The notes beneath the pieces were generated by a model. It had not been told where the DNA came from. It did no database searches and worked only from the letters and a program-made list of their open reading frames with translations. Shown here piece after piece: positions 1-9,971 of a DNA stretch of 64,000 nucleotides; position 1 is the stretch's first letter; each line of letters begins with the position of its first letter. A program made the position numbers and the translations under genes. The stretch comes from a virus, in the IMG/VR virus record IMGVR_UViG_3300045988_033017, positions 54,699 to 118,698 of that record, one strand, 5' to 3'.

Positions 1-486
1 TATCCAGCAGGATTGCAATACACATACAATGCTCCTTCATTCCCATTCTCTGGAAGATTTGGCGATGTGTCTTGGCATGAAGGTATTGGACACATGGTTG
101 GAGATAATAATCCGCAGATATTAAAGGCCAATCCTGGTATTAATAACAGAGTGGATTATGAATCCTCTACACCATTAGAGTCTCAAGTGTACAGCTCCCA
201 ACCTAATGAAAGACATGCGGACACGTGGGGATTTAGAGGAGCCAATGTAAATATGAAAGATGCGAATGGTAATTATTATATTGACCCTAATAGGCAATTA
301 AAAGGTACAGATATTCAGGAGATGAGAACTAAGGGAGCTAAAATACCTTCAGGGTTTAATACCCTTAGTGATGACGAGATAGCTAAACTGCATAATACCT
401 TCGCTAGTAATGCTAACAACAAAAGAAGTAATACTATGCTAATAGCTAAGAGAGGTGTGCAAATTAAACGTAGAATTATTAAATAA
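1..486 (+). CDS. hypothetical protein (5' partial, reading frame open to the window edge)
   Basis: ORF track 13..486; frame stays open upstream to position 1; TAA stop at 487-489. Confidence 0.5.
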   Translation, partial: YPAGLQYTYNAPSFPFSGRFGDVSWHEGIGHMVGDNNPQILKANPGINNRVDYESSTPLESQVYSSQPNERHADTWGFRGANVNMKDANGNYYIDPNRQLKGTDIQEMRTKGAKIPSGFNTLSDDEIAKLHNTFASNANNKRSNTMLIAKRGVQIKRRIIK

Positions 487-546
487 TAACAATCATGGCT
501 TTAATTCAAAATGAAGACAACAAATGCCCTACCACTAAACAAGTGA

Positions 547-885
547 ATGATGCACTCAAGTCTATGGGGGGGGGTTCAGACCCTAGTTTTAACAACACAA
601 GATTTGATATATCCAGGTAGAAGTAGTAATATAGAGGTTAACAGTGCTGATAGTGCTGTAATGGAGATTGTGAAGTCTAATATGACAGACATGGTCCCAT
701 TTCAGTTACTGTATTATGGAGTATCTAATGGTGCGCCAACATGTATTAGTGTGACAATAATCGGAATTCCAATAGCTAATTTGTTCACATTATACGTAAA
801 TGTAAGTCAAGGTGGTTTACAGCGCTTTAGCATTAACAAAGGCTCCAATCAAAAGTGGATTGCTTCTACACTTAGTAATTCTTAA
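547..885 (+). CDS. hypothetical protein carrying a G9 tract at its N-terminus
   Basis: ORF track; G9 run at 566-574 encodes WGG; upstream ATG at 495 would join in frame with one G fewer. Confidence 0.4.
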   Translation: MMHSSLWGGVQTLVLTTQDLIYPGRSSNIEVNSADSAVMEIVKSNMTDMVPFQLLYYGVSNGAPTCISVTIIGIPIANLFTLYVNVSQGGLQRFSINKGSNQKWIASTLSNS

Positions 886-916
886 CATTTAAGAATTAAA
901 GTACATTAATCGCAGT

Positions 917-1120
917 ATGAGAAATTTTATATTTGACGTCTGGGTTTGGTCTAAAGCTAAACACTCCAGACTACTTAAGCAAATAAGGGTAAAGGCACTA
1001 TCGTTTCCTTCAGATATATTCTGTTTGAATAAAGCTGCTAAAGATGCAGATGTATCACCCTATATGAAATCAGATGAATTTGAAGTAACAATCGGTAATT
1101 TAAGAGAATATCAAGAATAA
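917..1120 (+). CDS. hypothetical small protein
   Basis: ORF track, 67 aa. Confidence 0.3.
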   Translation: MRNFIFDVWVWSKAKHSRLLKQIRVKALSFPSDIFCLNKAAKDADVSPYMKSDEFEVTIGNLREYQE

Positions 1121-1614
1121 TGGAAAGTACTAATGAATTAGTAACAGCAGCTGAAGCCAGAGCAGAAGGCTTGAGCTTAGACGGAGTTGCGAACAATAGA
1201 TGCATTACTAAGCAACAGTTCAATGATAAACTACCGTCGGGGGGGGGTATTGCTGACGCTATAGATTTATTAAACGGTTCACTAAGCGGCAGCACCCTAA
1301 TATTCTTTAATAACACTACTACAGACACTACAATGGGTATATCAATCATAAGTATGTATGGTCAAGAAACATCGGCTACACCAGATATTCCTGCTTCATC
1401 TATGGTGGTATACCCTATAGCAGGTGTTATAAGAAATGTAGTTTTGTTTGGCAATAGTGTGATTGGAAGTAATATTTACGTAGCACTCCTATTAAATAAT
1501 GTAAAGAATATGAATCACTATTCTAATTATGAAACAGATAGACTTATTATAGGAACTAATCAGAATCTACCAGTACAGGGTCTACTTGCCGTTATGTGTA
1601 TAAACAATACATAG
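1120..1614 (+). CDS. hypothetical protein (possible virion component) with in-frame G9 tract
   Basis: ORF track 164 aa; G9 at 1239-1247 encodes GGG; start codon overlaps the previous stop. Confidence 0.5.
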   Translation: MESTNELVTAAEARAEGLSLDGVANNRCITKQQFNDKLPSGGGIADAIDLLNGSLSGSTLIFFNNTTTDTTMGISIISMYGQETSATPDIPASSMVVYPIAGVIRNVVLFGNSVIGSNIYVALLLNNVKNMNHYSNYETDRLIIGTNQNLPVQGLLAVMCINNT

Positions 1615-1787
1615 CAAGTATTTAAAATGACAAATAAAATTGCAACAGAACAATATTTAATTAATTTAGCTGGTGGAGGTACAAATACTCAACCAAGTGT
1701 GCCACTAGAGATAGAGTAGAGTTCTTCGGACTTGAAACTAACGATAATTACGCTAATAATCAGTTAGTTAAGGAAGAGGATATACAG

Positions 1788-2168
1788 TTGTCAACATTCC
1801 AGTATGACTTCAATATACATGTTTCAATAACTAACTCTGGGCTTACGTCTAAATCCTATGACTTTGTAGCAGATGTTTACATAGATGGAGTTCTAGATGG
1901 GTTTATAACAATTCCTAGGTCTGGAACTCTAGACTATCAAGGGGCAACTTTCTTTGACAGAAACTTCCACTTTAATTTACCAACTGATTTAACTAATGTC
2001 TCTAAATTATTGTTCACTGGATATTTCAGTACATACAGGGTGACTGTAGATGCAGATAGTGTAACAAATAACGCAGTATGCCAATCTGGGGTAACTACTG
2101 AAATACCAATAAATCAGGCATATATAGGAGGTGACACAGCTAATATTTCTATAAATGTAATTATATAA
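1788..2168 (+). CDS. hypothetical protein
   Basis: ORF track 126 aa, beta-rich composition. Confidence 0.5.
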   Translation: MSTFQYDFNIHVSITNSGLTSKSYDFVADVYIDGVLDGFITIPRSGTLDYQGATFFDRNFHFNLPTDLTNVSKLLFTGYFSTYRVTVDADSVTNNAVCQSGVTTEIPINQAYIGGDTANISINVII

Positions 2169-2410
2169 TGAAGTTTGTAACATTCTTAAAGCAAGTATTC
2201 ACATCCCACTCTGGCATATCATCTAAGAGACTCTGCGGAGTAGTAGGGTGGTTTGTCTGCTTGGGAGTGTTAATATACTGTGCAGTAAACGTAATTCAAG
2301 CCCCATTAATGATAGACACAGTCCTGTTGTGTTGTATGGGATTGCTTGGCATAGATTCAGTAACAGGAATATGGAAGAGATTCACCAATAACGATAAATC
2401 GAATAAATAA
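2168..2410 (+). CDS. small two-TM membrane protein
   Basis: 80 aa; two hydrophobic helices (VVGWFVCLGVLIYCAV, LLCCMGLLGI); stop/start overlaps the hydrolase-domain gene. Confidence 0.5.
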   Translation: MKFVTFLKQVFTSHSGISSKRLCGVVGWFVCLGVLIYCAVNVIQAPLMIDTVLLCCMGLLGIDSVTGIWKRFTNNDKSNK

Positions 2411-5400
2411 TGAAAGTAATACCTAAACTACAACAAGGAAACACCATAGAGTCCGATAATACTAAAGTAGTTAGGCCAGAAATTCATGAACCTATTAAAG
2501 CTAAACCTAAACAGTATTCCATTGTAGATTTAGGTGGAGAACCTTCTAATGATACCAGGTCAGCTGCTGAAAGAAATAGAGACTATTGGCATCCTATTAA
2601 AGGAGCTAAAGCCAGATTCAGGGCTTCTATGTCCAATGAGACTAATCCTCTAGTTGGAATAGAAAGAACTATACTTCCTTCAGCAGCTGGTGCTGCATTA
2701 GTAACAACTCCAGCCGCTGTTGTAGGAGGAGCTTTAGGTAATATGACTGTGGATAAGCTTACCGGGGGCTGGGGTAATTGGTTAGAAGATAAGACTGGCA
2801 TTCCGTCTGAAATTGGAGTTTATACTAATCCAGGAGCTTGGTATGGTGGTGCTAAAGGATATAAGATTGGAAAGGACAAGTTAATAACTAAATCAATTAA
2901 AGGTGACGCTGACTTAGCTTGGAATCCTATTAACAAGAATCATTGGATATTTAATAAGGAAGCAAGGACTCCTTCTAATATAGCAATGGCAACAGCTAAC
3001 AGAATTACTCCATTTCTATCTAAGGTAGAGAAATTACCATTAAAAGTGGCTGCTTATAAAGCTGCCAAGAGAACTAACGGTAATGCATCAGTAAGTTTGC
3101 AAGATATAAAAACAATGCCAGCCGACTACACAGGTTCTTCAATACTAGATGGAGGAAATTTAGAAGGCAGGAATCTATTAGCTAAATATATATTTGATGA
3201 GAATCCAGTAGTTAAAAGAATGTTCTTTAATAAAGCTACTAGTAATATCAAACCTATTAGCCGTAATGAAGCAAGGAGAGGATTTAGTCATGGGGATAGA
3301 TATGAGCAGCTTTATCCTGGAGTTCATAACAGAAGATACGAAATGAGTGCAGTAGTACCCTCTGGTAGACCTCTTAAGTTTGAGAATGTTACAAAGTTTA
3401 CTGATTATGCTGGAAAGAATCCAATCAGCAAGGTTGTTGGTAAGGAGACTGAACCAGTAATGCGTATGGGAGATAAAGAGTTCATGACCTTTAGGCAGCC
3501 AGGAACTGATTATATAGGTCCTATTGATGACGTTGCCGGACACTTGGTTAAGTTTCAAATGAACAAAGGTAAATTAAGACAGACTTCTCAAGATATGTGG
3601 AAATTTAATCCTGCTGACTATGCTAAGAGGTGGAATGATTCTCCTAATACCGCTAACCAAGTCAGGCTTATTAAACAAGCTGCATTAATGGATAAAGTAG
3701 GTCGTCCTTTCATATTACAGCAATCTAATCCTATATGGATTGAAGGTAAGTCTGTTAGAAATCCGGAATTGGTAACTATGGCACATGGTGGAAGATTTGA
3801 TTTTAAGAAGTCCCCTCTGCTAAAGAAACAAGAAGAGATTAACGGTAAGAGGGACATGCGCAAGAAGTTCATCAAATCAAGTCGCCCAACCTATAAGAAG
3901 CGAATCAAGAAAGCTCAACAAGGAATGAAGTTCGTAAGTTATAATCCAGTAAGTAATCCTACAATAGATTACACTGATATTACTAATCCTATTAATCCAT
4001 TCAGCGAATATAACTTTAATACAGTTTACGATAAACCAGAGGCTTTAGTAGTACCAGTAAGAGATACTGATGAAACTGATGTAGTAGCTAATAATCCTAT
4101 AGCAGAGCCAGTAATTAATAAGTCAGTAGCTAGTAAACCTGTTACCGATAAACCTGTTACTGCCAACTCAACTTGGAAGAGTCCATATACTAACAGAAAG
4201 CAATGGTCTACAGAACTTATTAATGCCTATAAGAAGGCAGGTATTACTAATGATAATGCAATTAGAATGTTATTAGCACAAGACGCATTAGAATCTAGTT
4301 GGGGTAAGTCTGCACAAGGTAAGTACAACTTTGGCAATTTAACTACTGGTAGTTCATGGAAAGGTGATTATGTAACTGGTAATGATAAGAATGCTAAAGG
4401 TGAAGCTATTAAGCAGAAGTTTAGGTCTTATAATTCTATGGATGAGTATGCAGCAGATAAGATACAATTCTTAAAGAGACTATATGACTTTGATGAGAAT
4501 GATGATATTAATAAGTTTGTAGCTAAGCTTACTGGTTCTAATAAAGGTAAGAGAAGATATGCAGAAGCTACTAATTATGCTAAAGTACTTACTGGAGTAT
4601 ATAATGGTATTCCTAAAGGTGAGAATGGTATGATTATTAAGTATCAGAATCCAGCTCAACCTATTAAATATATGGGAGGTTACGATAAGAGAGGTAACAT
4701 AGTATTGCCAGTTACTAATGAGAATGGTATGAATAATGTAACTTTACCAGAAGTAACAGTTACTCCTAGAAATATTAATCTAGCAGGAGCTGTAGATAGA
4801 GGAAGGAGAGAAGCCGCACCTTATGTTAGTACATTATTAACAGGTGCAATATTTGGACCATTATCAGTAGCAGGTGGATATGCAGGTAATGAAGCAGTTA
4901 ATAAGATAACTAATGTAGCTAGTAATGACAAATATAAAGACTGGGCTGATATGCTCTCTAAGACTACAGGAATGAATCCGGTAGTTGCAGATTTCTTTAA
5001 CATAGGTAATTTGGCAGGTGGATTTGGAATGCGTAACTTTGGACCTAGGTTAAAGCCAGTAAAAGATATGGCTGTTGGTGGTAATAAATGGGCTAGAGCT
5101 AGAGTAATTAGTAAGGCTATAGATAAAGGGACTCCTTCAGTTGAGCCATTGCCCAATAATGTAGGTTGGGGACCTAGACAATCCATACATGTAGTACATG
5201 ATAAGAATAGTGCTAGACTCCCGAAATTATACTTTCCAGAAAGGTGGGATGCTATTCATGAAGGCGCTCCTGAAGCTGGTATATGGTATCAAGGTAAATT
5301 TGGCAATCCAAGAACAGCAGCTAATCACTCTGTTCCAGGTAAGGCAGAGAAAGCGGCTAAGGCTAGAGAGAGATTTGCCAAGAGACCTTACAGAGTAGAA

Positions 5401-6168
5401 GGTGATTTAGAGTTAGAGAGACCAATAGTTACTGTAGGTGATGTACCTAACAGAGCAGCATTAGAACGAGCAGCTGATAAGATGAGTGCTGACGGGGTAA
5501 TCTTTAATAATGTATATGATAATGGATATTCTAATAACCAAGTAATCTTTAGTCTTAGAGATAACTTGAAGAATAGCACTATGACCCATAAGCCAACTGG
5601 TAAAATAGTTACTCCGACCGAGAACAATCCATATCCTAAGATAGGAACAGCTACTATAGTAAATGGTAAGTTTGAGCCTACTGGAGATATCTTTGGAGAA
5701 ATTCTCCCCACACAGGGAACTAAGCAGGCTGTGTTTCATCATAAAACTGACCCTACTAAGGTAGTCAAAGTGTCTAAAGTTCCAGAGGAAGGATATAGAA
5801 CTGTAGATGAGTTACGTAAAGCTATTAAGATGTCTAGAGCTAGGGATGAAGTGCCTAGTGCTGTACCCACAGAACTTCAAGGTTACTTACAAGGAGAAAA
5901 GGGAATGTATCCGGTGTTTACTCAGACCAAAGTAGGGCCTATTGAAAAGGAGAATGTGCTTGACGAGTTAGCAAAGATATTTGAGTCTAAAGGATGGACT
6001 AGGATTAATGATTCGTCCTATAAGAACTCTAAAATTACAGTCGGAGACATTACTACAGAGAATGTAGGTATGCTTAACGGTAAACCAGTCATCTTTGACC
6101 CAGAAGCTGCTTACAATAAAGACATTATTAGGGTATCTAACGCTAAATTTAAGAATAAGAACAATTAA
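2410..6168 (+). CDS. large virion-associated protein with glucosaminidase (FlgJ-like) peptidoglycan hydrolase domain; tape-measure or tail lysin candidate
   Basis: 1252 aa; motif LLAQDALESSWGKSAQGKYNFGNLTTG matches the glucosaminidase family signature (E-S-x-W-G ... N-x-F-G); size and lytic domain are typical of tail-associated lysins. Confidence 0.7.
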   Translation: MKVIPKLQQGNTIESDNTKVVRPEIHEPIKAKPKQYSIVDLGGEPSNDTRSAAERNRDYWHPIKGAKARFRASMSNETNPLVGIERTILPSAAGAALVTTPAAVVGGALGNMTVDKLTGGWGNWLEDKTGIPSEIGVYTNPGAWYGGAKGYKIGKDKLITKSIKGDADLAWNPINKNHWIFNKEARTPSNIAMATANRITPFLSKVEKLPLKVAAYKAAKRTNGNASVSLQDIKTMPADYTGSSILDGGNLEGRNLLAKYIFDENPVVKRMFFNKATSNIKPISRNEARRGFSHGDRYEQLYPGVHNRRYEMSAVVPSGRPLKFENVTKFTDYAGKNPISKVVGKETEPVMRMGDKEFMTFRQPGTDYIGPIDDVAGHLVKFQMNKGKLRQTSQDMWKFNPADYAKRWNDSPNTANQVRLIKQAALMDKVGRPFILQQSNPIWIEGKSVRNPELVTMAHGGRFDFKKSPLLKKQEEINGKRDMRKKFIKSSRPTYKKRIKKAQQGMKFVSYNPVSNPTIDYTDITNPINPFSEYNFNTVYDKPEALVVPVRDTDETDVVANNPIAEPVINKSVASKPVTDKPVTANSTWKSPYTNRKQWSTELINAYKKAGITNDNAIRMLLAQDALESSWGKSAQGKYNFGNLTTGSSWKGDYVTGNDKNAKGEAIKQKFRSYNSMDEYAADKIQFLKRLYDFDENDDINKFVAKLTGSNKGKRRYAEATNYAKVLTGVYNGIPKGENGMIIKYQNPAQPIKYMGGYDKRGNIVLPVTNENGMNNVTLPEVTVTPRNINLAGAVDRGRREAAPYVSTLLTGAIFGPLSVAGGYAGNEAVNKITNVASNDKYKDWADMLSKTTGMNPVVADFFNIGNLAGGFGMRNFGPRLKPVKDMAVGGNKWARARVISKAIDKGTPSVEPLPNNVGWGPRQSIHVVHDKNSARLPKLYFPERWDAIHEGAPEAGIWYQGKFGNPRTAANHSVPGKAEKAAKARERFAKRPYRVEGDLELERPIVTVGDVPNRAALERAADKMSADGVIFNNVYDNGYSNNQVIFSLRDNLKNSTMTHKPTGKIVTPTENNPYPKIGTATIVNGKFEPTGDIFGEILPTQGTKQAVFHHKTDPTKVVKVSKVPEEGYRTVDELRKAIKMSRARDEVPSAVPTELQGYLQGEKGMYPVFTQTKVGPIEKENVLDELAKIFESKGWTRINDSSYKNSKITVGDITTENVGMLNGKPVIFDPEAAYNKDIIRVSNAKFKNKNN

Positions 6169-6227
6169 CTTTAGGCTAACATCTATTAACTAATATCACT
6201 TGGATAGTATATTTAGATGTAGTAAAT

Positions 6228-6899
6228 TTGCAATGTAAAAGAATTAACAACATGAGTAAAATAGCAACAGAATTAGAAGCTAAGACTATGGGGGGGGGGA
6301 CTCTCTCGGTAATTGATAATAAGTGCTGTACTAAAGCTAGAGCACTTGAATTAGGATGTCAGATTAAAAGTGGATTTAGTTATACTGATAATCAGTTAGT
6401 GGAGTTAGAAGGTATAGAGGCAGCTATAACTGCTCCAAATGTAATCCTTCATTATGGTTGGCAGGATATGCCAATTAATAATATACAGCAATTTAGAGTA
6501 CGTTTCTCATTTGTTAATGAGAGTTCAGTGAATGGAGAGCCATTTAAGTATTCTGACAATACTATGTACTTTACAATTACTCCAAGATTAGAGCAAGGAG
6601 AACAAACGTACACTAAGACTTTAGCAAATCCTCTTAAATATTACTTAGAGAAATTAGCACCTTCTAACCAAGACCCATATAATACACCTGTTTGGATACG
6701 TTTTGAGGGATACATGATGCTTAGGCAAGTATCTCAAATTACATTAGCAGTAGATTCTCAATCTGAGAATTGGGCAGAAGGAGTAACATTTCCTTCATCT
6801 GGAAAGTGGGTCAAAATGAATAATTCTGGTAGAGTATTTAGATTTACTGGTGGGGAAATAGACCTAAACATAGAACTGTATACAGCGTCAGCGCAATGA
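6228..6899 (+). CDS. hypothetical protein with in-frame G10 tract
   Basis: ORF track 223 aa; G10 at 6290-6299 encodes MGGG. Confidence 0.5.
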   Translation: MQCKRINNMSKIATELEAKTMGGGTLSVIDNKCCTKARALELGCQIKSGFSYTDNQLVELEGIEAAITAPNVILHYGWQDMPINNIQQFRVRFSFVNESSVNGEPFKYSDNTMYFTITPRLEQGEQTYTKTLANPLKYYLEKLAPSNQDPYNTPVWIRFEGYMMLRQVSQITLAVDSQSENWAEGVTFPSSGKWVKMNNSGRVFRFTGGEIDLNIELYTASAQ

Positions 6900-7093
6900 T
6901 TAAAGTAACTGATAATAAAGAAGTAAAGGAAACAGTCCTAGCAGGACTTAAAAGGAATAAAGAGAAGTATGGTAAGAAGTACTGCCCATGCTCCTTAGTA
7001 AGAGATGAAAATACAGTATGTATGTGTAAAGAGTTTAGGGAAATGGAAGAAGGGACTTGCCATTGCCAACTTTATGTTAAAACTAAAGACTAA
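6896..7093 (+). CDS. Cys-rich protein resembling ferredoxin-thioredoxin reductase catalytic subunit (CPC...CxC...CHC)
   Basis: 65 aa; spacing CPC-X9-CMC-X11-CHC matches the FTR beta-subunit Fe-S/disulfide motif. Confidence 0.45.
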   Translation: MIKVTDNKEVKETVLAGLKRNKEKYGKKYCPCSLVRDENTVCMCKEFREMEEGTCHCQLYVKTKD

Positions 7094-7259
7094 TAATTAT
7101 GGATGAATTAAAGAACCAATTAGCACAGTATTTATGTAGCCAAATTCATAATGGCACTAAAGATTTGATTGAATTAATTGAATCGGAAGACCTTATTAAT
7201 GAACAGTGGTATAAGAACTGGAAGGAAGAGATGAGAATCTTACTACAGGAGAAGTAATT

Positions 7260-7499
7260 ATGATAATACTTAGTGGAAATTGTCCTAGGCATCATAATGC
7301 CATTATGTTGGAACTTACAGACTTTGATGACAGTAAAATTTCCTATCTAGCTAGAATATCTAGAGGACATCATGTTGATACTCTGTTAGTTCCTAGGGAA
7401 TATAAAGATACATTTGAATCTACAGAACTATATAAAGTATTACTGCCTAATATTAGTATAGGTGATGTACAATTTGCTAAAATATACTATTATGATTGA
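7260..7499 (+). CDS. hypothetical small protein
   Basis: ORF track 79 aa. Confidence 0.3.
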   Translation: MIILSGNCPRHHNAIMLELTDFDDSKISYLARISRGHHVDTLLVPREYKDTFESTELYKVLLPNISIGDVQFAKIYYYD

Positions 7500-7722
7500 C
7501 GTTAGAAAGACATTAGAGAATTTACATCAGATACTTCCAAACTTATCAATAGAGGACTTATTTAGAGTTCTTGATAACATAGTAGAGATTCCACAATTTA
7601 ACGTAGGACAGACAACTACTATACGTAGAGATAATAGTGGCTGGAGACCATATGACACAGGTACATTTATATCTTATGCTAGTAATGGAATAACACTTAG
7701 TGATGAAGGAACTTGTAAATAA
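7462..7722 (+). CDS. hypothetical small protein
   Basis: ORF track 86 aa; overlaps its neighbour by 38 nt. Confidence 0.3.
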   Translation: MMYNLLKYTIMIDVRKTLENLHQILPNLSIEDLFRVLDNIVEIPQFNVGQTTTIRRDNSGWRPYDTGTFISYASNGITLSDEGTCK

Positions 7723-7909
7723 CTGGAATGAGAAACATCCCGAATACGTATTGGTACACGGGATGTATTCTTATGTAGACAATGGACAATCTAAGGATAT
7801 GCACATGCTTACTATCTTTAATAAGGATAATGAATGTGTATGTGAATATAAAGGAGAAGATTTTATTAAATTATATAATACATTAGAAGAAGAATGGGAA
7901 AGCGATTAA
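7700..7909 (+). CDS. hypothetical small protein
   Basis: ORF track 69 aa. Confidence 0.3.
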   Translation: MMKELVNNWNEKHPEYVLVHGMYSYVDNGQSKDMHMLTIFNKDNECVCEYKGEDFIKLYNTLEEEWESD

Positions 7910-8076
7910 TTAATGTTGATGAAGTGGAGGAGATAGTACCTGTCCTAGTAGGCAAATTACTAGAGAACAATTTGATAACAGAGGAACAAGCAAACCAAAT
8001 CATCTGTGCAATCTTTAATGATAACTATCTAGGAGAATATAGTGAGGGAGATGTATTAGTTCACACTTGTATGTAA
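7894..8076 (+). CDS. hypothetical small acidic protein
   Basis: ORF track 60 aa. Confidence 0.3.
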   Translation: MGKRLINVDEVEEIVPVLVGKLLENNLITEEQANQIICAIFNDNYLGEYSEGDVLVHTCM

Positions 8077-8086
8077 TTAATGAGTT

Positions 8087-8644
8087 ATGGAGAATGATAG
8101 GCTAAATGAAATTAGGGAATTAAATCCAGATTATGATATTAGTATGCATGAGCTAGATGTTTGTGTAGGAGACAATCAATATAGGCTAATGTATTATGTG
8201 TATGTTCAGCATAAAGAATCTGGAATAGGTGTATATGGTGACAAGGACTTTGATATGCAGGAAGTAATAAATAGGCTTCCTATTAAGTTCACAATAGAGA
8301 AAGAACATAGTATAATACCTAAGGGAGTGCATATAAAAATCTGCGACTTCTCCAGTAGCCGAGGAGTCTTTCTCTTTAGTGACGTTGATAACTATTTTAA
8401 AAACCATACAGTAAGTGTGACTATTGACTATCCACTAAAGAATCCATACACATTCACTGTTAAATGTATCGTTTTGAATGATTTGATAAATGAAATAGTT
8501 CTTGCATATAGAAGGATTTACGAAGAAGAGAAGGAGAATCCAGGTAAGTATGGAATATGGGGACACCGTATAGAAGATTTATGGCTTGAGAAAGCTACTC
8601 TCGATATAGAGACTGGTAATGTTAAAATACTTGTAGGTAGTTAA
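8087..8644 (+). CDS. hypothetical protein
   Basis: ORF track 185 aa. Confidence 0.5.
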   Translation: MENDRLNEIRELNPDYDISMHELDVCVGDNQYRLMYYVYVQHKESGIGVYGDKDFDMQEVINRLPIKFTIEKEHSIIPKGVHIKICDFSSSRGVFLFSDVDNYFKNHTVSVTIDYPLKNPYTFTVKCIVLNDLINEIVLAYRRIYEEEKENPGKYGIWGHRIEDLWLEKATLDIETGNVKILVGS

Positions 8645-8645
8645 T

Positions 8646-8927
8646 ATGGATAATAAATTAAATGTACAGAAACTAGGATATGAAGTAGGAGAACCTATGT
8701 GGGTTCGTTGGGATAATAGATACGTATTGCGTGGAGGACATATACTAGGAAAATGCCCAGATGAGAATTTGATAACCACAGTGGGCTACTTGGCATATAT
8801 GGACGACAAATCAATAATATTGGGAAGAGGCATTGAGAATCATTGTGATGAGGACGGTACTCGCAGAGTAAAAGATACAATACACATACCAATGAGCTTA
8901 GTAGCTAGTTTTGGAAGTTTTGATTGA
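8646..8927 (+). CDS. hypothetical protein
   Basis: ORF track 93 aa, close-packed with neighbours. Confidence 0.45.
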   Translation: MDNKLNVQKLGYEVGEPMWVRWDNRYVLRGGHILGKCPDENLITTVGYLAYMDDKSIILGRGIENHCDEDGTRRVKDTIHIPMSLVASFGSFD

Positions 8928-8933
8928 TGAACT

Positions 8934-9788
8934 ATGACAAATGAGGAGTATAATAAATGGCTAATCCTTTACTTTGATATGCAATCTATAAATTTACAGT
9001 TCAATTGTAATGATATAGCATCATCATTAAAGGCACAAAGAGATAAGATAAAACAATTCTGTATTGACTGTCTAACAGGAGTAAAACATCAGGCTGACAG
9101 CTTTCTATTTGACACAAATGCCTGCATATTTTCTACTTCCGAAACTAGAGGACTGTTGTTCTCATATGAAGAATATCCCATTCTTGATACTGATACTACT
9201 AAAGTAGTTGACGGAAAGTATCCCTTAGACTATGCTACTGAAATAGTAGAATCTAATTTGGATGATATCATTGACTATATAGTACAATCGGGAACAGAAA
9301 CATACAATGATAGAACCAGTAGAGGATTTGGGAATAGGTGGAGTCCTTATAATGAGGAGGAACGTAAACAAGTAATTAAACTGTTTAACTCTGGAACTTG
9401 GTATGATACATTTGGAGCTTTAAAGAATTTATATTATGAAAGAACTCCCAAAGGCTTAAGAATGTGTAACCTTACTGGTAAATCTTTACAAGATAATGTT
9501 CTAGGATATATAGAAGATATTATTTTGAATATAAAAGACCATTATGAAACATTTGCTGTTATTCCTAGAGGTAAATCTAAATTACAAGTTTATATGACAA
9601 TAAGCAATGGAACAAATGGAGCTGAAGGATGTATTATTAATTCTATGGAAGATGTTCTAAATGTGCTTAAAAACTTAAGGAAATATAAAGGAGTAAATTG
9701 GTCACAGCTACTGGAAGTTGGGATAGATAATGCAGATGATTTATATTGGTGGTACGTGACATTCTCTATAGACACTACAGCTATATAA
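8934..9788 (+). CDS. hypothetical protein
   Basis: ORF track 284 aa. Confidence 0.55.
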   Translation: MTNEEYNKWLILYFDMQSINLQFNCNDIASSLKAQRDKIKQFCIDCLTGVKHQADSFLFDTNACIFSTSETRGLLFSYEEYPILDTDTTKVVDGKYPLDYATEIVESNLDDIIDYIVQSGTETYNDRTSRGFGNRWSPYNEEERKQVIKLFNSGTWYDTFGALKNLYYERTPKGLRMCNLTGKSLQDNVLGYIEDIILNIKDHYETFAVIPRGKSKLQVYMTISNGTNGAEGCIINSMEDVLNVLKNLRKYKGVNWSQLLEVGIDNADDLYWWYVTFSIDTTAI

Positions 9789-9919
9789 TAAAATTGATAC
9801 CAGCCAGTAGATGCTAGGCACAAAGCCTAAGATAGTTTTTACATCTTCGTCTTGGTGGTCTACGCCAGTGCGCTCTGACGTATTCCCACTTACCGAGACG
9901 GAATCTTATTATAAACAAC

Positions 9920-9960
9920 AAAGCCCGAACTTAGTTTAATTACTAGGCTCGGGCTTTATT
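9920..9960. terminator. bidirectional rho-independent terminator between convergent genes
   Basis: Perfect 9-bp stem AAAGCCCGA/TCGGGCTTT with AT-rich flanks, between a + gene and a - gene. Confidence 0.6.
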
Positions 9961-9971
9961 ATATCAACCTG

